From NCBI GenBank assembly GCA_964643545.1, contig CAZXTE010000001.1, positions 19,101 through 83,100 of the forward strand: 64,000 nt of DNA. The letters are read 5' to 3'. The stretch comes from an uncultured Candidatus Saccharibacteria bacterium. GTDB lineage: Bacteria; Patescibacteriota; Saccharimonadia; Saccharimonadales; AWTP1-31. Numbering within the stretch: the first letter of the stretch is position 1; the number at the start of each line of letters is the position of its first letter. The notes beneath the pieces are model-generated. The model did not search any database and was not told where the DNA came from. It was given only the letters and a program-made list of their open reading frames with translations. A program made the translations under genes and the position numbers. Below are positions 11,444 to 20,742 of the stretch, piece after piece.

Positions 11444-12681
11444 TGCTTATTTAGACAAGTCAACCAATCACTACTCGGATTTACTTCGAGACAAACTCGC
11501 TCGCCAGAGTGAGCATTGTTGAATTTCTGAACTGAATTTGAAAAGTTTGTATACGATTTTTGTGGATAAGAGAAATCACTCGGTATTCCCAATAGAACCA
11601 TGCACAAGAGCAAGCCAACTGCTAATGACCTTGCATACTTATTAGCATACGAAAAGAGGAATAGTATTGCCGAAAAGAGGCCAATCATTGGAAGCCAAAA
11701 ATAACGATTTCCCCCTCCACTAACCATCGACGTCCACTGGGGTACGGTGTTGCTAGCCTGGGGTTTTATGAGCGCTACAAAGAAAATCAGCCAAGTGAAG
11801 ATTATGATCATCTTATACTTATACGGTGCTTTGATGAGAACAAAGATTAATAATGCTAATGTAACCGCACCAAGCACCGCAAACCAACCTTGATTGGCTA
11901 AAGCGTATTTGTTAATAGTCTCCATGCCTACCAGCAGTCCGCCAGTAATTCTACTACCTATTATAGCCAGAAACTTGACTGGGCTCGCGCCCAATCCCTG
12001 CGTAAATCTGGCTTCGGGCTTAGACAGAAGATACACAATTGTCTGCACGACCGACGTAACAGAATATACAGCCAGGTAGGGAAAGCCGACTTTCCCCCTC
12101 TTCCACAACCAGAAAGCGATTGGCAGGACTATGATGGAAAAAGGACCGGTTAGACCAGATATAAAAAGTACGCTGGTGTCAAAGACTTGCCAAAGTTTCG
12201 ACTCAGTTTTGCCAGAGATTAAAATCATGAACACGATCAACGCTAGGTGCCAGTTCATGTTGGTCAGGTTGGCGTTAACCTCAAAACTATTGGGCATCAG
12301 CAGATAGAAGGCTGCAAATAGTGACGAGTTTCGGGTTGAGCCAGTAAGCTTTTTGAATCGGTCGGTAAACAACAAAACAACAGGTAAAATCTGGACTACT
12401 GTTGCCGATAACACAAAAAATAATGGTGCTAGCTTCAACGGCAAGACCATGGATGTCGATGCGACCAGACGCATGCCGACTTGTAGGCTGCTGGCGTAGG
12501 GTTTAAAGATTGACAGAAGAATACCGTCGTTATAGGCCTGGCCGAACCACTTTATACCATCCTCTCCCCAGAATTGGGCATGCCTAAAAACGCTTGGATC
12601 GCGGAGGTAGACAAGCAAAAAACTGCCCAAAAATACTCCCAGAAGGAGCAGTATCTTGTTCTTAGTTAAATAATTCCGCAT
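11440..12681 (-). CDS. polytopic membrane protein, paralog A (uncharacterized family, possible GT-C)
   Basis: 413 aa with about 10-12 TM segments. It shares N-terminal (AQFWGEDG.../AQFWAEDF...) and C-terminal (NPSSDWLTCLNKH / NPDEAWKTCLKKN) signatures with the ORF at 16561..17853. Confidence 0.6.
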   Translation of the reverse strand: MRNYLTKNKILLLLGVFLGSFLLVYLRDPSVFRHAQFWGEDGIKWFGQAYNDGILLSIFKPYASSLQVGMRLVASTSMVLPLKLAPLFFVLSATVVQILPVVLLFTDRFKKLTGSTRNSSLFAAFYLLMPNSFEVNANLTNMNWHLALIVFMILISGKTESKLWQVFDTSVLFISGLTGPFSIIVLPIAFWLWKRGKVGFPYLAVYSVTSVVQTIVYLLSKPEARFTQGLGASPVKFLAIIGSRITGGLLVGMETINKYALANQGWFAVLGAVTLALLIFVLIKAPYKYKMIIIFTWLIFFVALIKPQASNTVPQWTSMVSGGGNRYFWLPMIGLFSAILFLFSYANKYARSLAVGLLLCMVLLGIPSDFSYPQKSYTNFSNSVQKFNNAHSGERVCLEVNPSSDWLTCLNKH

Positions 12682-12706
12682 TTGTGGATAGTATATAATA
12701 GTTCTC

Positions 12707-14329
12707 GTGCTTACAATAGATTGGTGGCCGCTACTAAGTGTAGCGCTTTATATTTCTTCATTTTTTAGTCTAAGTCTTTTTTTTGGCCTCAAAGCCCATC
12801 AGAAAAAACTCATTCCCGATAACTTTTTGTACATGGGTGGCCTAGCCATTTGTCTAGTCATCTGCTATTCTCAGTTTTACATTTTTGCCATTAGCCCAAA
12901 GCTTGGTCACGTCACGACTATTCTATTTATTCTCGCAGGCTTAGCAGTTTTGCCATTCCTGTTACGAACGCTTCTGATTCAAAAAACGATTTGGCAAATA
13001 ACTAAGAAGTACTTCTTTGTACCTTTTTTGATAATAGTTCTCCTCACTTTTCTGTATTCGTATTTCTTATTCGGCTGCACCACCAGCAAATACACTATTG
13101 ACCAATGGGGTGAAGTTCAAAACCCCGCCTTTTGTCACATATCGAAACTACCTATAGATAATGCTCTGCCCTACATCTACAGCGAGAAGGTTAAGAACAA
13201 TGATGCTAAATCATTGGTGATTGATTGGAGCATAGCCGACCGGCCACCGCTGCAAATTGCTACAACTTTGCCAATTTCTGATTTAGCCAAAACCACTGGC
13301 AGACCACAGCGTTACGCTATGTATTACGTCTTTTCCATCACATTACAGCTAAGCTGGATTGCGGTCATTTGGGGCATTTTAACAAAGCTTCTCCAGCGAA
13401 AATTACATGTCTGGGGTTCTATGTTGGCCCTGTCTGCTACGGGGTTCTTATACATTAACTCCGTTTTTGTGTGGCCAAAACTGATCTCAGCCAGTTTATT
13501 CGTATTTGGCGCCTTCATACTTTTTGAAACTAGCACCAAGAGACGAAACTTATTTACTTACAAGTATCTTACCCTAGCGGCAATCTCGTTCGCGCTGGCA
13601 TTACTCTCGCATACGGGCGTGTTGTTTACGTTAATAGTCCTTGCGCCGCTGGTTGCTTTTGACCTTTGGCGTAGTCAAAAAATAGACCAGAAGTTATTGA
13701 AGAGTCTCATAGTACCGACTGCTGCTGCCCTCATCTTGCTAGTACCATGGCAAATCACCAAAAATCATTTAATTTCTCATGATCGACTCATCAAGTGGCA
13801 CTTCGCAGGTGTAATCTCTGCGGAGGACCAGCGGGGAACTCTCAAAACTATAGTTGACGAGTACAAGAAGTTGCCCCTCGCAGCCTGGGCACACAATAAA
13901 CAGAAAAATATTGAAGCACTCTTTACGGGGGGCGTAGGCAACAGTTGCGACTCTGCAATTCGCAGGACCCTTGACGATTGCCACGTAGCCGTATGGAGAG
14001 ATCGAGAGTTCTTCAGCTCGTTCTATTCTTTAGGATTGTTTTCCATTGGATTCCCCGTAATTATCTGGCTTGGCCTTAAGAAGAAGTTGGACAGGCTTGA
14101 TATTATGCTACTTTTACTTACAGTACTGTACTTTATAGTTTGGGTGCTGTTGATGTTTATCCCGGGAGCAACCGTGATACATCAAGGGTCGTATGCTTCT
14201 GCTCTGTTTCTATTTATTTTGCTCATCAAGAATCTATCGCTAATGCCCGACGCAGCGTTTATAGCTTTTGTCGTTCTACAGCTCACCATATTTGGGTTAG
14301 CCTGGCTTCGACCTTTCGGCTTTTTGTAA
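12707..14329 (+). CDS. polytopic membrane protein (GT-C / PMT-like candidate)
   Basis: 540 aa with 12 or more hydrophobic segments. Family assignment is weak. Confidence 0.55.
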   Translation: MLTIDWWPLLSVALYISSFFSLSLFFGLKAHQKKLIPDNFLYMGGLAICLVICYSQFYIFAISPKLGHVTTILFILAGLAVLPFLLRTLLIQKTIWQITKKYFFVPFLIIVLLTFLYSYFLFGCTTSKYTIDQWGEVQNPAFCHISKLPIDNALPYIYSEKVKNNDAKSLVIDWSIADRPPLQIATTLPISDLAKTTGRPQRYAMYYVFSITLQLSWIAVIWGILTKLLQRKLHVWGSMLALSATGFLYINSVFVWPKLISASLFVFGAFILFETSTKRRNLFTYKYLTLAAISFALALLSHTGVLFTLIVLAPLVAFDLWRSQKIDQKLLKSLIVPTAAALILLVPWQITKNHLISHDRLIKWHFAGVISAEDQRGTLKTIVDEYKKLPLAAWAHNKQKNIEALFTGGVGNSCDSAIRRTLDDCHVAVWRDREFFSSFYSLGLFSIGFPVIIWLGLKKKLDRLDIMLLLLTVLYFIVWVLLMFIPGATVIHQGSYASALFLFILLIKNLSLMPDAAFIAFVVLQLTIFGLAWLRPFGFL

Positions 14330-14367
14330 TTTACAATTCTAGTTTAAAATGGTAAACTATAACTGTT

Positions 14368-14892
14368 ATGGTTAAAAATAAAAAGGTTAGAAAGACTAAG
14401 ATAATTGCACTCACCGCCGCTGTGCTGCTTCTAGCTGGCGGCTCTGCCTTTGCCTACGTAAAAACCAGACATCCAGCAGCCCCGGCGCCTCTGCCGGTCG
14501 GTGGAGTCAACCTTGATAAGCCAACTGCAGAAGAAATAAAAGAAACTGAAGAATTCAAGAAGCAGCAAGCAAAAGCGACGACTAACCCGCCCACCCAAAC
14601 GGCTTCTAACAACAATGCCAACGTTGTCATAACGACCATAACCACAACCGAAGCTAGGGGCTATGTATCGGGCACAGTTGAAGAAGGTGGCACCTGCACG
14701 CTAACGCTCACAAGAGGTACGGCAAAAGTAACAGCGAGCTCAACTGGCATACTCGATGTCAATAAAACGACCTGCTCCCAAATCACAATCGGCCCGGGTC
14801 AACTAAGCTCTGGTGAATGGGATGCAGTACTCAGTTACACTTCTCCAAGCATAAGTGGATCTTCTGCGGTCCAGAAACTAAAGGTACCCTGA
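14368..14892 (+). CDS. secreted/anchored Thr/Ser-rich protein
   Basis: N-terminal K-rich segment plus a hydrophobic signal/anchor (IIALTAAVLLLAGGSAFA), then Pro/Thr-rich linkers (TNPPTQTASNNNANVVITTITTTEA). Confidence 0.55.
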   Translation: MVKNKKVRKTKIIALTAAVLLLAGGSAFAYVKTRHPAAPAPLPVGGVNLDKPTAEEIKETEEFKKQQAKATTNPPTQTASNNNANVVITTITTTEARGYVSGTVEEGGTCTLTLTRGTAKVTASSTGILDVNKTTCSQITIGPGQLSSGEWDAVLSYTSPSISGSSAVQKLKVP

Positions 14893-14895
14893 GCT

Positions 14896-16560
14896 ATGTT
14901 GAGACCATTAAAGAGATTTGGTGCATTTATCAGCTTGCTAACCGCAGCGGTACTAATCGTGTTTGGACTTCAGCCAGCCTACGCAGCATCTGGCAACACC
15001 TTCAAAGCTGATCGTATTATTGATGACGCCATATTTTTTAACACAGCCCAGTTGTCCGTTACAGACATACAGAATTTCCTAAATAGTAAGGTCCCAACGT
15101 GCGACACCAATCATACCGGCAGCGGAAGCAACCAACCGCCGTTTACCTGTCTCAAGGACTACTCACAAACCATCAGCGATAGGGCGGCAGACCAGTATTG
15201 TACTGGTGCCGTAAGCGCTGGCACAAAGTCGTCGGCACAGATTATTAAAGATGTCGCAAATGCCTGTGGAATCAATGCTGCTGTACTAATAGTATTGCTC
15301 CAAAAAGAACAGTCCTTAATTACTGATACGTGGCCATGGGCATCACAGTACGAAAAAGCTACCGGTTACTATTGCCCCGATGACCCATCTAGGCCGGGCT
15401 GGTGTGACCCGGAATATGCAGGCTTTTTCAACCAAGTGTGGTATGCTGCCAGACAATTCCAGAGGTACGTGAAACAGCCGGGTTCTTTTAACTTTGCTGT
15501 TGGAAGAGCAAGCAGTGTACTCTTCCAGGCAAACCGCCCTAGTTGTGGTGGCACAACCCTTACTATGCAAACCCGAGCAACCGCAGCACTTTACAACTAT
15601 ACACCGTACCAGCCTAGTCAGGCTGCTCTAGACTATCTCTACGGCGTAGCCCCTGGTGACCCTAACACACCCGGCACGCCAGCTTATTGTGCAGCTTATG
15701 GGAACAGGAATTTCTGGCGACTCTTCAATGATTGGTTTGGGCCAACTACTTCAGATAACAATACGGATGTTATAAGTTTTGTTCGGCTTAACCATGCATC
15801 AGGGAACGTTGAGGTAGTAGGCTATACCTCAATAAGCGAGTACTCTTACCCCGCTCGGCATAACTTCTCTAGCTATCCCTCCGTACCAGCCGATGGCAAT
15901 GTGATACCCCTATTCTGGCCTAACGGTGACCTCGTATTCGTGAGACTTAATCATGCCTCAGGAAATGTCGAAGTGGTGAGCTATAGTGCGAATAGCGGAT
16001 ATAAACAACTTGTTAATATTGCAATAACTGGCTACCCCTCCGTGCCTGGCGATGGCAATGTTATCCCAATGTTTAAACCTAACGGGGATTTAAGTTTCAT
16101 TCGACTAAACCACAGTTCAGGAAATGTCGAAGTGGTGAGCTATGGCCCCGGAAGTAATTATAGAAGTCTCACCAGAATTCAAAATTCTAGCTATCCCTCC
16201 GTACCAGCCGATGGCAATGTGATACCCCTATTCTGGCCTAACGGTGACCTCGTATTCGTGAGACTTAATCATGCCTCAGGAAATGTCGAAGTGGTGAGCT
16301 ATAGTGCGAATAGCGGATATAAACAACTTGTTAATATTGCAATAACTGGCTACCCCTCCGTGCCTGGCGATGGCAATGTTATCCCAATGTTTAAACCTAA
16401 CGGGGATTTAAGTTTCATTCGACTAAACCACAGTTCAGGAAATGTCGAAGTAGCTACCTACAGCGCCTCTAGCAACTACAAGCAACTTATTGATTTACGC
16501 CTGACTGGTTACCCTAATGTAGCTAATGATGGTGCCGTAATTCCGCTATTCACCAGGTAG
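14896..16560 (+). CDS. secreted protein with a Cys-containing N-terminal domain and five or more ~53-aa beta-propeller/lectin-like repeats
   Basis: Signal peptide (LLTAAVLIVFGLQPAYA). The motif F[VI]RLNH[AS]SGNVEV recurs five times together with DGNVIP[LM]F.PNGDL. The domain between the signal peptide and the repeats contains LLQKEQSLITD. Confidence 0.7.
   Translation: MLRPLKRFGAFISLLTAAVLIVFGLQPAYAASGNTFKADRIIDDAIFFNTAQLSVTDIQNFLNSKVPTCDTNHTGSGSNQPPFTCLKDYSQTISDRAADQYCTGAVSAGTKSSAQIIKDVANACGINAAVLIVLLQKEQSLITDTWPWASQYEKATGYYCPDDPSRPGWCDPEYAGFFNQVWYAARQFQRYVKQPGSFNFAVGRASSVLFQANRPSCGGTTLTMQTRATAALYNYTPYQPSQAALDYLYGVAPGDPNTPGTPAYCAAYGNRNFWRLFNDWFGPTTSDNNTDVISFVRLNHASGNVEVVGYTSISEYSYPARHNFSSYPSVPADGNVIPLFWPNGDLVFVRLNHASGNVEVVSYSANSGYKQLVNIAITGYPSVPGDGNVIPMFKPNGDLSFIRLNHSSGNVEVVSYGPGSNYRSLTRIQNSSYPSVPADGNVIPLFWPNGDLVFVRLNHASGNVEVVSYSANSGYKQLVNIAITGYPSVPGDGNVIPMFKPNGDLSFIRLNHSSGNVEVATYSASSNYKQLIDLRLTGYPNVANDGAVIPLFTR
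15871..16451 (+). repeat. perfect direct tandem duplication, 318-bp unit (copy 1 15871-16188; copy 2 16189-16451, 263 bp, 100 % identical)
   Basis: Direct comparison of the two stretches shows identity at every base until 16452. The duplication is in-frame (106 aa) inside the repeat protein gene. Confidence 0.9.
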
Positions 16561-17853
16561 TTAGTTCTTCTTCAGGCACGTTTTCCACGCTTCGTCGGGA
16601 TTTATATCAAAGCAATATTGTTGCCCAGGACGTAAGGTCGAGAACTCGTTAGCTTGGCCTCTGAAGTTAAACTTCTTCAACTCTTTTACTCTAAAGTAGA
16701 ATGGGAAAAATAGCACGTATAAAGCCACCAAAGCTGAGGCAATCTTGCCCATGTTATTCCTGGTAAGTGCCGCAAAGTAGACCAGTATCAGCAGCCAGCA
16801 GAAGATTGGGATGAAAAAGTATCGTGCGCCGAAGGAATTTAGTTGTAACATATCCCAGAACTGCACAATCGGAACAGTTTGAGCTCGTACGAATGTCGAA
16901 GCATAAATAAGAGACCCGAATAATATCACTGCTCGCATATAGATGTTGGCCTTGATGAAGGCGTAGATCGTCATAATAATAGCGAACATACCCAACATAA
17001 ACATCTGGGGCGACCCTGCTATCTCTTTGGTGATTATTTTCTCGCCTGCGACTGGCAAAGCAAAGAACCTCATACCGGTAATCTTAATCGGTTTACTATA
17101 GTTATTTATTAGTTCTCTTTTCTGAGATACCAGACTGGCAGTTCTTTGTTGGGGGGCCTGTACGTAGACAGCTATCTGAATGAGCGCACAAGCAACTATA
17201 GCAGCAGCCTTAATCCAGTGCATTCTATTTTTGCTCTTTTGAGCAGTAATTAAGTATGCAGCCGTTAGTGCTAGGAAGGGAGCAAACGGCCCACTCAACC
17301 CAGACACAATAAGCACAGTAATATCAAATACCAACCATTTCTTCTGCGTTTTTGGGCCCCTAACTAGTACCAAAATTGCGGCAGCGGCCAAGAACCAAAT
17401 AGTATTTGTAAAATTTCCATAAATCTCAGCAATGCCCGGAATAAGTAGGTATAGAAAAGTGAATGTCATCTTTGATCGCACACTGAATTTTTTTATAAGG
17501 GTGCTATCCGACCAGAATATAAACAATGGTAGGACCATGACCAGAATGGCCACTAAATTTGCCGCCGCTGGGGCGAATCTTAGGGGTACCAACAGCAGCG
17601 GTAGAGCTACCAATCGAGGGAAGAAGGGCAAGATTCCAGAATAAGTCTTGAAGATACTGTAGCCGCCACGCATATAGGCATCTCTATAAAATACGGCGAA
17701 GTCTTCTGCCCAAAACTGAGCATTAAAAAGCAGCTCCGGCCTTCGTAATACGATTACGCCAACGCCAATCAAACACACTACTACCGCTTTTTTCATATCT
17801 GAAAGTACGACAAATTTACGCCAAATGTTAGCTGCCAGCGACTTTATTTCCAT
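16561..17853 (-). CDS. polytopic membrane protein, paralog B (same family as 11440..12681)
   Basis: 430 aa. It shares N- and C-terminal signatures with paralog A. Confidence 0.6.
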   Translation of the reverse strand: MEIKSLAANIWRKFVVLSDMKKAVVVCLIGVGVIVLRRPELLFNAQFWAEDFAVFYRDAYMRGGYSIFKTYSGILPFFPRLVALPLLLVPLRFAPAAANLVAILVMVLPLFIFWSDSTLIKKFSVRSKMTFTFLYLLIPGIAEIYGNFTNTIWFLAAAAILVLVRGPKTQKKWLVFDITVLIVSGLSGPFAPFLALTAAYLITAQKSKNRMHWIKAAAIVACALIQIAVYVQAPQQRTASLVSQKRELINNYSKPIKITGMRFFALPVAGEKIITKEIAGSPQMFMLGMFAIIMTIYAFIKANIYMRAVILFGSLIYASTFVRAQTVPIVQFWDMLQLNSFGARYFFIPIFCWLLILVYFAALTRNNMGKIASALVALYVLFFPFYFRVKELKKFNFRGQANEFSTLRPGQQYCFDINPDEAWKTCLKKN

Positions 17854-17857
17854 ATTC

Positions 17858-19756
17858 CTATTTTAATCTAGCATTAGCGATGTCACGACGAAACTCTGGG
17901 TGATAAAACGGGTCATCTTTAATGAGAGTGCCCCACTTATTTAACATAAGCTTTATCTCTTTATCGAACAGTTCTAGGTCGCGTTGCTTAGAACCAGGCT
18001 GGCCAATAGAGACTGACTCGTGGTGAAACAGATTTACGTGCGGCAGGTACACATTCCTATAACCTTTATCGTATAGCTTTAAACAGAAGTCAACATCGTT
18101 AAAGGCAATCTTAAAGATGGGGTCGAATCCATTAACTTTATTGAACTTGGAGACACCAACCATCACACAGGCTGCAGTTACAGCTGTGAAGTTCCGCGTG
18201 CCACCGACATATAAATTTTGAATGGGGCTCTGGGGTGGTTTATCTATATAAGCCGGGAAGAAATGCCCGGCTATGCCTGGGGTGCCATCCTGGCCACCAA
18301 CACCAAGGATAATGCCTGCATGCTGCAGCCTCTTGTCTGGATAATATAGTTTGCAGCCCACTGCACCAACGTCATCTTGTTGGCTGTAGGCAACCATCCC
18401 TTGGATCCAATCCGGAGATATGACCTCAGTGTCATTGTTGAGGAATAGTAGCTGTGAACCACTTGAGTTATCCGCTCCTAGATTGCAGGCTGCGGCAAAG
18501 TTGAACGGCTTTTCCCACTTCACCACCCTCAGGCCTTTTCCGAGCGATTTGTACCTTTTGTACAGATCCCACACTTTGTCGTCTGTACTGCCCGTGTCTA
18601 CTATTACTACTTCGTAATTATTATAGGTTGTTTTTTCTTTAATTGACCTTAAGCAACGCTCAATATAACCAAATTGATCTTTGGTTGGGATAACGATACT
18701 TACTAACGGATTATCACTTTCATACGCAACCCTCCACATAGAGTATGGAATTTGCCAAGAAATCTCGGCTTTCATGTTACGAGCCTTGACATCATCTTGT
18801 AAGGCTTTCTTCTGATTAACATAGGCGTACTCTTTGGAAGCAGGATTTTCAGCAGTCGAATTTTCAGTTTTCCGCCAACTGTAGAGTACCGTGGGTATGT
18901 GCTGAATTTTGTCAGTCTGGCGAGTAACTCGAAGGAATAGGTCCCAGTCTTGAGCACCTTCGTAACCAGGTCGAAAACCGCCAACTTTCTCAACTAACGA
19001 ACGTCTAATGACCGCAAAGTGAGTTATGTAATTGATTGATCGTAAAAATTCAAAACTCCAATCTGGTTTAAAGAAGGCATCTTCATGCACCTTGCTTTGT
19101 GAATCTATCTTGTCTTCGTCGCTATAAACAAGGTCGGCTTTTTTTTCATTAATAACAGTCGCTGCGTGGAATAAAGCATTTGGCCATAGTACATCATCGT
19201 GATCGAGCAGAGCTATAAATTCACCACTTGCTAGCTTTAATGCTGAGTTTGTGGCATGACAGATATGACCGTTTTCTTGGCGTATGGTGTACTTTATTCT
19301 GGGTTCTTTTTGGGCGTAAGCCTGAATCGCTCCAATTACTTTTTTATCGGTCGAGGCATCATCGGCAATGCAAAGCTCCCAGTTATCGTAAGTCTGGGCT
19401 ATAACGGACTCAATGCACTCTTTTAGGTGCTGAATGTTAGGATTGTAGGTTGGCACTAATACACTGATTAGAGGGCGAGATTTGAAATTCTTTTGGTTTT
19501 TCACTTGCTGCTTCAAAATACCACCCGTTGGGTAATTCTTTTTAAACCACTGTCTGTATTCTTTGTCGATTTGAATCTTTGTGTGAGCCGCTAGGGTTAA
19601 TGAATCTATGCGCGAAATGAGTTTTTTTGCACCCGGTAGACGCCGGGTATAACGATTAATAAAGATGTGTTTGCCGAAGATCTTGATGTGCAGAATTCGG
19701 ATTATAATTGGATATATCCCCTGCTTTACTTTCTTTACTATAGACGTCATTTTCAC
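17858..19756 (-). CDS. tandem double GT2 glycosyltransferase (ABC-pathway polymerising GT candidate)
   Basis: Two GT2 cores: ISVLVPTYNP...CIADDASTD and VSIVIPTKDQ...VIVDTGSTDD, with a DxD (DHDD). Confidence 0.8.
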   Translation of the reverse strand: MKMTSIVKKVKQGIYPIIIRILHIKIFGKHIFINRYTRRLPGAKKLISRIDSLTLAAHTKIQIDKEYRQWFKKNYPTGGILKQQVKNQKNFKSRPLISVLVPTYNPNIQHLKECIESVIAQTYDNWELCIADDASTDKKVIGAIQAYAQKEPRIKYTIRQENGHICHATNSALKLASGEFIALLDHDDVLWPNALFHAATVINEKKADLVYSDEDKIDSQSKVHEDAFFKPDWSFEFLRSINYITHFAVIRRSLVEKVGGFRPGYEGAQDWDLFLRVTRQTDKIQHIPTVLYSWRKTENSTAENPASKEYAYVNQKKALQDDVKARNMKAEISWQIPYSMWRVAYESDNPLVSIVIPTKDQFGYIERCLRSIKEKTTYNNYEVVIVDTGSTDDKVWDLYKRYKSLGKGLRVVKWEKPFNFAAACNLGADNSSGSQLLFLNNDTEVISPDWIQGMVAYSQQDDVGAVGCKLYYPDKRLQHAGIILGVGGQDGTPGIAGHFFPAYIDKPPQSPIQNLYVGGTRNFTAVTAACVMVGVSKFNKVNGFDPIFKIAFNDVDFCLKLYDKGYRNVYLPHVNLFHHESVSIGQPGSKQRDLELFDKEIKLMLNKWGTLIKDDPFYHPEFRRDIANARLK

Positions 19757-20742
19757 TTCTTTCTCTTAATTACCCTCTTGGTTGCTCTAAGTAATTTGGT
19801 GACCTTCCAAGATAATGATCGTTGCATTGCCGTATTAGATGCCTCAAGGGTTTGTACTTGTAATGAAAGGAGGTTTATTGAGTGCTGCATACTATTTTTT
19901 TGATTATCAATTGCGTTCTTTACTATCTCTGTTAGGGCTAGCGGTAGTTTGTTAACAACACTGACAGTTTTAGTGGCAACCTTCGGATAATACTCATCCA
20001 TGGCTTTCGCTACTCTCCTAACTTTACTTTGATTCCCAGAAATAAAGTAGATTACTCTATAAGAATTAAACTCGTCAACATCACTATCTAGCAGCTTGGT
20101 GTTTTCATTATAAAATCGATTAATCTCACCTGCTTTCATCGATGTAGTGTCGAGTACGCTAGATAGAAAAAAGATAGTCTGCATGGTAACCCAATTCTCA
20201 ACTTTATTACTATAGAGTTTACTAAAGTATAGTTTTTTAGAATGAATCACTGACTCTATTTTTTGTTGAGTTGGTAAGACATTGTCTATATGTTCTGCTA
20301 GCCACTGATGTCCTTTTCCTTCAAATGATTTGAAAAGCGCATTTAAATTCTTCTCGGCTTCGGTAACCACACTTGAAGAATTTTCGAACGGACAGCACAA
20401 GAAAAATCCTTCTTTAGAGACACGTATGCATTCTAGAATAAAATCTGCTCGTTTTTCTGTAGATATATGCTCTAAAACATCAAAACTAACCACTACATCA
20501 AATTCCTCATTTTTAAAGGACATTTTTGTTCCATCGCCCTTGACGTAGTTATCTTCCTCTACATCAAAAACATCGAGTACCGTTACTTTATCTTGCCTCG
20601 AAAAATCGTGGGTTTTTCCCTTGTATCCTCCAACGTCAAGTACTTTGAGAGTTTTACCCTTTGGCCTAATTACTCCTACTAAGTCTGCGGTTATATTTTG
20701 ACGAGAATACTGATCGAAAGGTAAGTCTAGGCGTGCGTTCAT
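19753..20742 (-). CDS. class I SAM-dependent methyltransferase (possible glycan chain-terminating modifier)
   Basis: LKVLDVGGYKG and VVSFDVLEHI motifs. The gene is immediately upstream of, and overlaps, wzt. Confidence 0.7.
   Translation of the reverse strand: MNARLDLPFDQYSRQNITADLVGVIRPKGKTLKVLDVGGYKGKTHDFSRQDKVTVLDVFDVEEDNYVKGDGTKMSFKNEEFDVVVSFDVLEHISTEKRADFILECIRVSKEGFFLCCPFENSSSVVTEAEKNLNALFKSFEGKGHQWLAEHIDNVLPTQQKIESVIHSKKLYFSKLYSNKVENWVTMQTIFFLSSVLDTTSMKAGEINRFYNENTKLLDSDVDEFNSYRVIYFISGNQSKVRRVAKAMDEYYPKVATKTVSVVNKLPLALTEIVKNAIDNQKNSMQHSINLLSLQVQTLEASNTAMQRSLSWKVTKLLRATKRVIKRKK

Noticed and set aside
15780-16500. Possible CRISPR-like periodic repeat
   Set aside because: The periodicity is protein-coding (53/106-aa blades) inside a continuous ORF. 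There are no short direct repeats with unique spacers and no cas genes.
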